From Azolla caroliniana (taxonomy: Eukaryota; Plantae; Polypodiophyta): a stretch of 64,000 nucleotides of DNA. The DNA is taken from contig JBHGNT010000003.1 of assembly GCA_043228905.1 (NCBI GenBank), positions 14,446,001-14,510,000 on the forward strand, read 5' to 3'. Below the pieces are notes generated by a model. The model saw nothing but the letters and a program-made list of their open reading frames with translations, did no database searches and had not been told where the DNA came from. The first letter of the stretch is position 1, and every line of letters starts with the position of its first letter. This document shows positions 39,405 to 51,475 of the stretch, piece by piece. The position numbers and the translations under genes were made by a program.

Positions 39405-42400
39405 TCATGACACTATCCCCCCTTTAAAACGACGAGTGTCACGAGTCGTCTTGGATTGAGGACCCGGTTTGTGTGGATATTGTCGATGGAAGTCTTCAAG
39501 AAGAGCACGAGCATTGGTCACATTCTCGATCAGTTCCCAAGTACGTTCGCTGGGACTATAGCCTAGCCAATCGACTAGATAGTAGAGCTTGTTGCAAACA
39601 ATCTTGGAATCAAGGATGGCGGCAACCTCGTACTCTGGCCCATCTTCAAGCTCGATCGGGGGTGGAGGTTGGATAAGACGTCCTGGGATGGTGCTCTCGT
39701 GGTAGGGTTCAAGGAGAGAACTATGAAACACCGGATGTATCCGAAGTTGACGAGGTAGATCAAGATGAAAAGCGACATCATTAATCTGTCCAATAATACG
39801 GAAAGGACATAATCGCCGATAATCCAACTTCTCACATGGGCGAGTAGTCTTGATGTGTCGTCGTAGCAGCCACACCCGATCTCCAATATTAAAACAGGAT
39901 GGAAGTCGATGACGATCCGCGTAGACCTTGTGTGTTTGTTGAGCTTGCTGGAGATGAGTAGATAAATCCACTTGTATCTTGCGTAACCGCTCCAAACGAT
40001 CCTTCGCGCACGGATTTGTGGACACCTCTGGGGTTTCAAGTACACTCCACCGGGGGTGACATCCCGTATAAGCATAAAATGGCGTAACTTTAGTGGATGC
40101 ATGGATAGAGTTGTTATAGGCAAATTCGGCGAAGTGGAGAATATCTGCCCAGTCGTCCTGATGATAATTGAGAAAGCACCGCAGATACTGCTCCAACGTT
40201 TGATTTGTTCGTTCAGCTTGGCCGTCGGTTTGTGGGTGGTAGCCGGAGGAGAGGTTACAAGAGACCTTGAGCATGTTAAAAAGGTGCTTCCAGAATTTTG
40301 ACACGAACTAGGGTCCACAGTCGCTGATGATACTATCGGGAAGTCCATGATGCCGACATACTTCACGCATGACAATTTCGGTAGTGTCTTCACTGGAGAT
40401 CTCCTTAGTACATGGCAAGAAATGAGCCATCTTTGTGTATCGATCGACCACCGTTAGAATCGCATTGAACCCCTTAGAGACTGGAAGATCTGTGATGAAG
40501 TCTAGAGCAATGGATTGCCACGGCTTGCTTGGAATTGGTAATGGTTCTAATAAACCATATGGATGATGCCTTGGCATTTTCGCTCTACAACATGTATCAC
40601 AAGTCCGAACAAAATCCTCAACAAATTGTCGCATACAGGGCCACCAGAATGATCGTTGTACTAAATGTAATGTTTTAGTACTACCAAAATGCCCAGTTGT
40701 ATATGTGTCATGGCAGTTTTGAACTACTCGAAGGCGGCAAGAACCATTAGGAACATACAAAAGTTCTTTAAAGAAGAGTAATCCATCATGGTATTTGAAT
40801 TGGCGATAGTCCGTACCTGGTGGTTGCAACTGTGAACACGACGCTCGAGAGGGATCAATTTGTGCTAGTATAGCTTGGGCGAACGCATCTGTCTTCAAGT
40901 CTTCACGTATGGTATCAATAACGCGGGAATCCATGGGCATGTCAAAGATCTATATTGCTTGTAGTCGTGTCGGTCCCAAGATGACTTGTTTTTGGTTATC
41001 GAAAGCTGGCTCACCGGGACGGGGTGCTAGATACGAACGTCGTGATAATGCATCTGCTTTCCCTTGGTGCTTCCCCAGACAATATGTAATTTTGAAGTCG
41101 AAACGCGTGAGGAAGTGGGCCCACCGAGCTTGACGTCGATTCAACACACGAGCATCCTGAAAGTAGGCAAGATTCTTGTGATCACTAAATACAGTGACTG
41201 GATGAGAGGATCCCTCCAGAAAATGCCTCCATTGCATAAAAGAATCCACTATTGCCAATAGCTCCTTATCATGAATTTCGTAGTTAATTTCGGCGGCATC
41301 AAACTTCCGTGAGTGAAAAGCCACAGGATGTAGCTTCTCATCATTCCCTTGTTGTGACAGAATGCTCCCCAATGCAAAATCTGATGCATCAGCTTCAATA
41401 ATGAATGTTTTTTCCGGATCGACATGAGCTAGAATTGGAGCCGATGTAAATGCCTTTTTAAGACTCTCGAAAGCCATGTCCGTTTCTTCAGACCAGATGC
41501 ATGGTTGTCCCTTCCTGGTAAGTTGTGTGAGAGGTAGAACGATCTTGGAGTAATCTTGTACGAACTTCCGGTAAAAATTGGCAAAGCCTAGGAAGCATTG
41601 CACATCCCACACCGAACGCGGAGTCTGCCATTCTACCACCGTTTTGACCTTAGCTGGGTCCATGGAGATGCCTTCTGACGAAATGATGTAGCCGAGAAAT
41701 TCCACTTGGTTGCACCCGAAACTACATTTTTCTAGCTTTGCATACAGACCATGTTCTCGAAGTCGTTTTAGTACTAATAGTACATGAGAATCATGTTCTT
41801 CTTGGGTCTTTGAATAAACCAGTAGATCATCCAAATAGATGATCAAACAATCATCCAATAGATCTCGGAATATATCATTAGCCATGTGCTAGAAGACTGT
41901 CGGCGCATTAGTGAGGCCGAATGGCATGACCGTATACTCGAAGTGCCCATATCTGGTGCGAAACACGGTCTTCCATTTGTCTCCTGGTCGGATTCGTACG
42001 AGGTTATATGCTCCCCGTAAGTCGATCTTCGTGAAGAACCTGGCACCATTGATCCGTTCTAAAAGACTTGAGATAAGGGGAAGAGCATACCTATTCCTGA
42101 TTGTAACCTTATTCAAGCCACGGTAATCTACAACGAGACGAAGCGATCCATCTTTTTTCTTGACGAAGAAAATGGGCGCGCCGGCTGGAGATTTCGAATG
42201 TCGAATGAAACCATTTTCCAAATTCTCCTCGATATAGGCCCGAAGGACTTCCAGCTCGGTTGGTGACAAATTGTAGATCGGTCCCCATGGCGGCTCTTTT
42301 CCCAGTTGTAAATCGATGGGGCAATCGTACGGTCGATGATGAGGAAGTGTGTTGGCTTGTACTTTATCGAACACATCGGCGTAATGACGATACTTCTCGG

Positions 42401-42962
42401 GAAGTTGAACGGTGGATTCTTCTTTAGTGGTGCTGGAGGGGTTTACTGATATTGCAAAGAGGAACATTTCCTCCTCACACCCTTCTTTACGCAACTGACG
42501 TAGCGAAATGGTTGCCATCTTCTAAGTTGTTCCTTGGGTTTGTTGACATCGGATTTCTCTTGTTCTCCAATCTATGTCTGGGTTATGTAACTCGAACCAT
42601 GGTAATCCTAAAACTATAGGATGTTCTGGGATACTAATAATATTAAATGATACTACACATGCTAAGTTATCTAGGACAATATTAATGGGCTCTGACTCTT
42701 CTATGATATTTCTGAAAGCAATGGGACGTCCATCAATGACTACTACAGAGGCTGGACACTGGAGTTTTCTTAGGGATATCTTATGAGCTTGAGCAAATTT
42801 CTTATCCATAAAGCAAGAGTTAGCTCCGGAATCTAGGAGTGCTAGGACATGTACTGGAGGGGTACTTTTAGTACTAACTATTACTTGGGCTACGAACACA
42901 TCACTAACTTGCTTAGAGGGAATGGAACCACTAATGGGCTGCACAGATCTAGGGCTATCCAA
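39405..42962 (-). pseudogene. E pol: PR-RT-RNase H-integrase-chromodomain, a few in-frame stops
   Basis: [64 protein letters not shown], chromodomain EYEVAAILDS...YLVDWLGY...TWE. Confidence 0.93.
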
Positions 42963-43149
42963 CCAAACGGCTCCTATTTTGGCTGGACTTACTCGTTTAA
43001 CTCTTCTTCTAACTGACTAAGGACATCAAATTTGTTTGCTAGATCTGGGCTATTAGTACTATTAGGATTATTAGATATCCCTACTGAAATAGGCTCGGGT
43101 TTAGTACAATTAGAACTAGCGACTATTTGGTTTACCTGTCTTCTTGGCC

Positions 43150-44140
43150 TATGGGGGCAATTTATTGCGATATGTCCTGGTCCACCGCAGTAAAGACATA
43201 GTCGATTTGTACGGTGTCACTGCTTTTCTTCTTCGGATAATGGCCCTCGACGACGTGTAGTGTCAATCTCCATCGGAGTCGGAGTATTCGCTGGAGGCGC
43301 ATTATATGACTCCCTCGGAAAAGGTCTTGCTACCACTGAGGCGTAGGTGGGCTCTGATCTTGGCCTTGGCATCTGTAGCTGTCTTTCCGAACGTCGCTCA
43401 AAGAGGCGGTTGTCACATCTCACCGCGCGACTGATTGCTTCTGCTAAGGACTTTGGCTCTTCAGGGAAGGTCAAGAGTAAATCCTTGACGTTGTTGCGTA
43501 AACCATAACGGAATTGCTCCATCAACGCTTGATCATCCCAAGGGATATCGGCGGCGAGTAGGCGAAAATCTGCAGCGTATGCGGAGGCTGGACGGTCACC
43601 TTGGCGTAATCGCCGAATTTTGTTGATTGCGGTCCTGATGCTGTCAGTATCTCCGAAACATGCTTTAAACTCACCTAGAAACTCTTCAAAATTGTTGAGT
43701 AACGGAGATTCCTTTTCTAATAGTGGAGCGAACCATGACAACGCTGAGCCACTTAACAAAGTGCCTACTAAACCCACTCGTGATGCATCGGTGGGATATC
43801 GGGAAGGATGCATTTGGATAACTAATCGTACCTGGTTAAGGAACCCTCTAAACTGCGATCGCGTTCCATCGAACTTCGTGGGAAGGCCAATCTTGGGTTC
43901 TTTATGAATCCCTTGTGTTCCGGGCCCTTGTTGTTGCATCGCTACGATGGTTGCTTCGAGTTGTTGCACGTGTAACGCAAGTTCCCCATGTTGTTGTTGC
44001 GTTTGCTGCTTTTCTAAGGAGATTTGCTGAAGATCCCCCAGCAACCATTGGTTTTCTTGTTCCAAAGCATGGAACTTCTCTTTCAAGCATTGAAATTCCG
44101 AGAAAACATATTGATATTCTTCAGCGCTAACAGTGGCCAT
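43150..44140 (-). pseudogene. E gag
   Basis: PTKFDGTRSQFRGFL, LRQGDRPASAYAADF, PMEID; CLYCGGPGHIAINC knuckle follows a premature stop at 43217. Confidence 0.9.
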
Positions 44141-44649
44141 GGGATGAAAGAAAAGAGGAATAAGAGATTAGTAGGAAATGAGAGAGATAAAAGGTAGGAA
44201 AATTGGTTCAAACTGTCAGGAACAGTACTGAGACAGAGAAGGAATTAGTACTAAACGAAGGATTAGTACTATGAGAGGTGTAGAACTTCTTCGAGAGAAG
44301 GAAGGAGTGAGCGAGAGAGAGAGAAAGAGAGAGATCGAGAGAGAGAGAGAGTGATGATAAGAAAGATATGTATTATATGAAGAGAATATACAATGGTGGC
44401 TAAAAGGCTTAAGACTGGCGTTGAACCAATTTGGTTCAACATAATACCTAGTGCCCTCTTTTATAGTGTTTTCAGGAGTAATCCTGAAGCTTCTAGAATG
44501 TTCCAGAGAAATCTGGAATATACACTAATTTCCTATAATAAAATGTAAATGAAAATAATATCCTATGTATTACAATAGATGATCTAATGGTCAAGAGCTC
44601 GACCCATATAACCTAAGGTCATGGGTTCGAGTCTTGCCATATCATGACA

Positions 44650-45526
44650 GTTACGGATGTCCAATTGAGCTCGTTAGTGACCAAGTTGGGCACTTCATCA
44701 ATCACATAATACGTGAACTTACACACCACTACGCGGTGGTGCACAAGAAAAGCACACCATACTACCCGCAGGCGAACAACTTGGCAGAATCGACCAATAA
44801 AATCCTCCAAACCATACTGAAGAAGATCGTCAATGAAAACAGGACCGATTGGGATGACACCATACTACCCGCAGGCGAACGGCTTGGTAAAATCGACCAA
44901 TAAAATCCTCCAAACCATACTGAAGAAGTTCGTCAATGAAAACAAGACCGATTGGGATGACAAACTCCAGAGCGCGTTGTGGGCGTATCGTACGACTTTC
45001 AAAACAAGCATCCAATCGACCCCCTTTTGAATGGCGTTCGGGTTAGAAGCCGTAATGCCCGTCGAGTTCCAAGTCCCGAGCCTCCGAGTTAAAGTCAAAG
45101 CACGGCTCCCCGAGGCCGAATCCGAGCAATACTGGCTGGAACAACTCCTCGAACTCGGGGAAGATAGGATAGAGAAGTATGGCCCAGCTCGAACAACGCC
45201 AACGCAAGGCTTTCGTGGATCAACATCGACATGGGCTGGAGAAGGAGCTAACCATCGGCAAACCAGTTCTTCTTTTCCAAACACGACTCGGGTTAATGCC
45301 AGGAAAATTAAGATTTCGGTGGACCGGTCCATTCTGGATTATCGACGAGTTCAACGGGACGTTCCAGCTCAGCACACTCGCTAGCGACACGGTCAAAAGC
45401 TGGGCCAATGGTTTTCGACTTCGACCATATCGAGGGACTACACCACCCAACCCGTTTACCGAGCCACACAGCACAAACATGACTCGGGAGATCACCACGG
45501 AGGACGCCACGTGTCCCCCTGAATAA
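44650..45526 (+). pseudogene. C integrase C-terminal part, with a 103-bp tandem duplication (44754-44959)
   Basis: YGCPIELVSDQ, STPYYPQANG, ALWAYRT, KLRFRWTGPF (GPY/F motif). Confidence 0.9.
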
Positions 45527-46057
45527 GGACTCACCCACCTTCTTGAAATTAATAAAAGTAGTAGTAGGTAGGATTAACCATAGTTTAGCCACTGATTAGC
45601 TACACCTACACCACCCACCTAGGAACCCACAATTTTAGGAGCACCCCTCGCCACCACTCAGTTAGTACCTATTTAAGCTATTCACACATGCAAAGCACAT
45701 GCAAAGCACTAGAAGCACCCCACTCACCTTCAGGACACGTGGTGCTAGTCACTTATTATGGCACCCACGACTTAGAATCTTCAGGATTCGCTTCAGGCAC
45801 AAAACCCTAGGAGTAAGTTACTAAAACCGTTTCCAAAACGCAACAGAGACCATTATCGCTCCCCATCTCCATCGCTCTCAAGATCAGAAACCCCGTCTCG
45901 CCCTCATCACGCTAAGCACTCTTGCTCTCAAGCCCTCTTTCTCTCTCATAACCCCTCTGCTGGACTTCCCCTTCCTGTTGTTCCTCCTGTGGCTCGCCCT
46001 CGCCTCATCACTTTGCTTCACACTTCCACACAGTCGAATCCCGTCTCCATCTCCACC

Positions 46058-49000
46058 ATGCCTCTTACCACCTCAACAGAAACCCACGCCTGGCTCCAGG
46101 AACAAGGAATGGGCAGTTACCTGAAGATCATCGATGCCCCCGTGCACCCAAATGCCCAAACTGTGGCTAAACGTATAAGTCCCGAAGCCATCACCAACAA
46201 CGTCCTTCGGGCTGTTTTGGATATGCAACGGGGAGGGGACCATGAGGTTGACATACCCCCGGCATCAAAGATGAAGGCGTACTTCGGTGAGTACTTAGCC
46301 TTAGGGAAGGCATATCGCACATATGGCAGTCCCAACAAAGCTTTCGGGGAGATTGCTCGTATATTAATGGAGTATGCGTTCGTGCATACGAACCCAACGA
46401 GCATGCCGCAGAACAAGGCAGCCATCATCATCAGCGCGTATGAAGGGAACAGAATCGATTGGGGAATCATCATAGGCGAGGGACTCCGCGCCACCTTAAC
46501 TTCATTTCAGTCTGGTAAGAAGATGTTGTCTGTTCTTACACACTTTTTGATGGTTCTATACCCACCCTCTTCGCTTCCTTCCCCTCGCACACTCACGTCC
46601 CCACCACCACCACGAAGGCAGAGAGAGAAATTCGTGGCCATCAGCCACGAAGCATGGGAGGAGCCCAAATCGCCTTCACCCCCTGCCGCCGACCAAAAAA
46701 CAGCATCTGCACCACCACCCGCCCAACCCCAACAAAAAAGGGTAGTTTCCGAGACCTGCCAAGAATGGGAGGAGGTAGCCGCGGAAGACACCACGGCCGA
46801 TGACGTCGCCATTCGACAGCCAACGTCGCGCCCCTCGGTAATGTCCCCAGGACCTAGCCCACGCCCCAACACACAGCAAGCTGCACCACCACGACCCCAG
46901 AAAAGGAAGCAGGCGGAGGAAACGACACTACCGGCCCTGGAACCCCAAACACAGCCAAGCAAGAGAAGACGACTCAACTGCGAGTCCTCGGAAGAACAGA
47001 AGGAGCCACAACAGGAGCAAGCCTTAGTGGTCAGACAGAGCAACCTGGCCATCACCCCTGCGGAGACATCGCTGAACTAGGGAATGATCGAGCATGGGCA
47101 GACAACACAGATCTCGGAGGATGAAGTCCTCGGGTATAAGGACCTCCCTGCAGAGGCTTACGAATTTAGTGCGCTCCTACGCCTCGGTACGTCATTCGAG
47201 CTGGTCGACTTCCTCGCTAGAGCCCAAGTTGCGGCAGCCGCTCGAATGGCGGAAGAGCACGCCGAAACATAAATGATTCAACACGCGCTAATAGGTGAAA
47301 TTGAGCCCCAGGAGGACAGGGCTTTACAAACAATCGAGAGGAAGAAGTAGGCAAAACAGGCCGCTCTCCTCATGGAGGTCCCCGAGTTGAACACGGCCCT
47401 TATCGAGGCATATCGGGACCTGGATCGCACTACGCGGGCAGCCAAAGACATGGCCCGAAAGATAAAAATAGCCCAAAAACAGGCTAAGATGGCTACAGAA
47501 CTATGGCACGCTGTGAACCAGAAGCTGGCAGCCTGGGAGCAAAACCGGCCGGAACAACAACTCCCGAGCCTTCTGGTAACGACCACCGAGGCCCTCCCAG
47601 CGCCTCCACGCATAACAATGATGGATGAAAGCACCATCACCGACTCAATCCTGAAGGTGCAAGCCAATACACAAACGGAGTCGTTACAAATGGTCGATGC
47701 CTGCACAACAACCGAGGCGCCCATGCCCATGGAGAAGACCGAGATACCCCCACCTCGTGCACCCAAGGAGGTGGCAACCTAGACAGAACCCCCGCTCCGG
47801 GATTACCGTGCGGAACTTAAAGAAGAACAACGGCGAACCGAGAGACACGAACAACGGCATCAAGAGGCGATGGCTCGACTAAAAGAAGAAGCTTCCAAGC
47901 AAATGGCCGAGATAAGAGCCCAGGCCGACCAAAGGATACACGAGTAGAACGAAGCACTGGGCCAGGTACAAGCGCAAGCCGCGGGCAAGGAAGCCGAACT
48001 CAAAAGCAAGCTAGAGGAATACGCAGCCATAGTGGTGAAGATAGAGAAGGAGGTTCTAGACCTACAGGCCGCGCTCAACAATGCGAAAGACTGGAACCAA
48101 CGGCAGGAGGAACGAAATCGCCAACGGGAGGAGAGGATGAACGCGGAGAATGCCGAGCTGCAGAGTCAGCGTACGACCCTTAAAGAGATGGCTGACGAGT
48201 TTTTCATCAAATGCAAGCTACTTTCGGAGCAAAAAGATGCATTATCGGATTCCTACTTCGCCCTACAAGAGGAGAGAATCGTCGAACGGGAACAAATCCG
48301 GGCCACGTGTCAGAAAGAACGGGAGCAGGCCACCGAAGAACTCACCAAGCGTTACGAGCAGGCTCTCCAGCTCGTAACCGCGGATGCAAAGAACACTCAG
48401 GCCATCTATGAGCTAAAAACACAGAAGATTCAGGCTGAGGTCGATGGCTTAAAACAGGAATTAGCAACCATCCGAGCACAGCCCGGCATGGATGAGACAC
48501 GCATCAGAATACTGATCGAGAAATAGTGCCAGCACCTTACCAAAAAGGTCGAGAAAACATTAAGTTGCGCAGGAGACAAATGGGTAGCCCAAGCTGCCAA
48601 ATTGCATATTTTACGCGCGGATGCCGAGAATCAACGGAAGGAGGGCCGCGGCTTCTACAAAATGGACGAAGCCAGCATACAAAACCTGCATGCAGATTTA
48701 ACCGAGGATTACCAGTCCTTGGCAAAATCTCACACCGCGGCAATCGAGCAAATAATGGAGGATTTCAATGATAGTCAGATGTTGTTTCACCTGGAAGCAG
48801 AAGCCTTCGAACGAGAACGACTCGCAGCCATCCCCACCAGCCCTCCAACGGCCACAGAGCAGAAAGAAGAACCTCCCAGCAAGGAGATCACGGACACGAC
48901 ACAGGAGGAACTTGCCCCGGCCAACAGACATTCCATGGATGCCCACACGGTACCAGAGCCTGTCGAAGGAGAGGTCTGCGCCCACGAACCCACACCCCCA

Positions 49001-49144
49001 CTAGAAGAATCGGCCGCACCTGAGGCGGACGTCCGAGAAGATATGCCACCCCCGGGCCAAACTCAACCCCCTGCACCGACAGTCCAACCAGACCACCCTT
49101 CCACCACCCCGGACCCCGAAAGCATCCTCAACATCTTAAAGTAG
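46058..49144 (+). pseudogene. Extra ORF of C (~1030 codons, one frame, premature stops only)
   Basis: ORF pieces starting 45989, 47084, 47372, 48032 and 48602 share one frame; N-terminal domain aligns with B 50292-50888; coiled coil; ends ESILNILK*. Confidence 0.85.
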
Positions 49145-49206
49145 GAATGAAACGAGGATCACGCCTTAAAGGCAATTTTTGTAATATTGTTAGTATTTTG
49201 TAAGTC

Positions 49207-49246
49207 GTGGGTCCGACGGACAAGGTCCTGTCCCACGGGCGTGCCA
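49207..49246 (+). other. tRNA-3'-end-like structured motif at the PPT position of C
   Basis: GTGGGTCCGACGGACAAGGTCCTGTCCCACGGGCGTGCCA, then GG, then the LTR start TGTTG. Confidence 0.8.
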
Positions 49247-49703
49247 GGTGTTGTCCAGAGGACAGAAATGTAAAATTAGGAAATTAGCAAACGCCGAGTT
49301 CGAGTATCACGGGCCACCGACGGCTCGGCTGTGTATTAGGGGAAAAGTTATTTAAACGAGGACCAGTACCTCAGAGAGAGAGAGAAGAAAATATAGGCGG
49401 AAGCACTAGCTTAGTCATTCGAGATTAGATAAACTCGTAAGGTCACCGGCCATAGGCCATGTTCTGTAATCTTTTCTGCCATAGTAATATATCTTATTTG
49501 TGCCTATTTTTGCTGCATGAGTCTGTGCTTTGATCCATACCTATGAGTTTCACGCCGCCACGTCTATCAAGACCTCGCTAGTATTTTCTCTCTGAGCCCT
49601 GTATCTCTCTCAACGCCTCTGTTACGAGCCTTTATGTACCACGCCCTTGAAGACCGATAGACGCAGATCTATCGAAGGTGTTCACCCAAAGGAACGGGTA
49701 ACA

Positions 49704-50888
49704 TTGGCTGATGGGTTCACTCACTGGTGGTTGGTCCCGTCTTATTGCGTCGAGCTGCACTTTTCGTTCTGCCTGTTGACCACTTTGTCGTTCCGGCTCT
49801 GAGTGTGTTTCGGCTAGCCGCCCCTTGTCTGCTTGTTCTTGACCGGCTAAGGAGGTTGGCCTTTGTATAACCGACTCTTGAGTTATGGGGCTTGCCGGTG
49901 CTGCTTGTTGTGCAGGGACTTCTGTGACCGGTTCCATCCGAACCGGTTCTGGTGCCTCCCTTGGCGTGGGATGCTCAGTGTGAGTTGCAGGCATTCCATC
50001 CTTTTGTGGGTCCGAATGCTTCCCGACTGATTCAGCGGTGCTCTTCACCAGCCGCCGTTGAAGGTGCTCCGTGGGTTCTTCCTCCATTTCCTCTGCCTAA
50101 GTCCTGACATTCATTCTTGCCGCCAAGGTGTCCGTTTCCTGCTGCACCGGTCGGTGGAGTGGGCTCTTCAGGGGCCGTGCTGATGTCTCCTCGTGTGTGT
50201 CCGTCGGACGCTTCCAGTTGGCGCGCTCCTTTACCGCCTTCTCTGCGTCAACCGTCTTCCCCTTAGTGGCCTTGGAGGCCAACAATTGTTGTCATTTCGA
50301 AGCAGGTTTCAGGGTGCCGTCCATTGCTCTTCCCCGCTTCTTGGTTTGGACGGGCTCGACCGATGGCGCCAATAGGGTGAGCCATTGCGTCACCGCATGC
50401 CATATTTTCCGGCCTTCCTTGCCGTCCTTTCCTCTTACTATATCAATAGTCGTACACAGCCCGTCGGCGATCAGCACCGGCCAATCCACCTTGACCCCTT
50501 TGTACATTGCGATGATCAAGCCTGCTCGGTTCTGAGGCATGACGGGGGGTCGAGGGTACACGTGGCCGATTTCGTGGAGCACACGGGCAATTTCGCGGAA
50601 TAACATATCATCGCCACCCTGTGTCCTGTAGCCCTTGCTGGCGAGAGAGTACTCACCGAAATATTTGATGAGTTACTCGGAGGTAGGATTGTCGATTGTG
50701 TAGATGCCTCCCTCCGGAAGGCCTATTAACGCACGGATCGCCTCCTCCGTGATCACCTTTGTGTCGATTTCTTTGATAATCTTTTCGGCCTCCTTGTGTG
50801 GCGCCGCCTCCATGATCATCAAGAAACCCTCCAGCCCGTGTTGCCATAGCCAGTTCTTGGCTGCTTCAAACAGCGTTTGGTAGTCCAT
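49704..50888 (-). pseudogene. Extra ORF of B, N-terminal part
   Basis: MDYQTLFEAAKNWLWQHGLEGFL...YFGEY...MPQNRAGLIIAMYKGVKVDW, one frame. Confidence 0.85.
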
Positions 50889-51475
50889 CTTTGCGTCGAG
50901 GTTGGAGAGCGTTGGCGAGGTTTGGTGGTGGGGAGAGTGTGAGAGAGAAAGTTCTAAGGGAGGGAGTTCTCTATGTGCGAGCTCTCTGCGATTGATCTTC
51001 GCGCGTCTGTCTGCGTCTGTTCTCCTTGGTTCGAGATAGGAGAAGGTCTCGATGCGTGGGTCTTTTTCTCTCTGCATCTTGGCGCCTTTTCTGAGCCTCC
51101 GCATGTGCAGGTCGTGTACTATAATAGCATTGCGTTCCATGTGGCGGTGGTTTAATGTCCTATTCATAGCCCCTCGTACCTTTTTGACGTGCCTCTTTAC
51201 TCCTCGTTTGCATGGCCGTTTCCACCACTCCTTTTCATGATTTATTTGATTCCATTCAATTTTTACTTACTTTTTTTTTTTTCATAAAATTAATTGTGTG
51301 GTTAATTTTTCTCCGGTCCTATCGGACCCTTACCCGAAACGCGCACCTTGCCAGCCTCTTGACGGTTTGCCGTCGTTATGCTTTCCCCGGTTGCTGGCTC
51401 GTGCTCCCCCTTACCGGCTTGGTGGTAGCCATTTTCCTCACGGGTTGCCGTTGTGGTTGGCCTGCCGATGTCTAA

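Larger units (their letters stand above)
38977..44649 (-). mobile_element. Chromovirus E (Tcn1-like Ty3/Gypsy), inserted in the integrase of C
   Basis: Exact TSD GTTAC; 436-bp LTRs 38977-39412 and 44214-44649 (about 11 differences); PPT AAAGGGGGGATAG 39413-39425; non-tRNA PBS. Confidence 0.95.
33836..49703 (+). mobile_element. Non-chromovirus Ty3/Gypsy element C (gag-pol + extra ORF), inserted in the extra ORF of B
   Basis: Exact TSD TTGGC; LTRs 33836-34288 and 49249-49703 (about 15 differences); PBS TGGCACGCCCGGT 34294-34306. Confidence 0.95.

Noticed and set aside
39336-39410. Functional tRNA gene in the E LTR
   Set aside because: A/B boxes are present but I cannot fold a proper acceptor stem and anticodon arm; a long hairpin competes.
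46058-49144. Calling the extra ORF an envelope gene
   Set aside because: No signal peptide, no convincing transmembrane helix, no fusion-protein features.
49170-49246. Complete tRNA-Arg gene before the 3' LTR
   Set aside because: Only the T-arm and 3' acceptor strand resemble tRNA; no 5' half, D arm or anticodon arm is recognisable.
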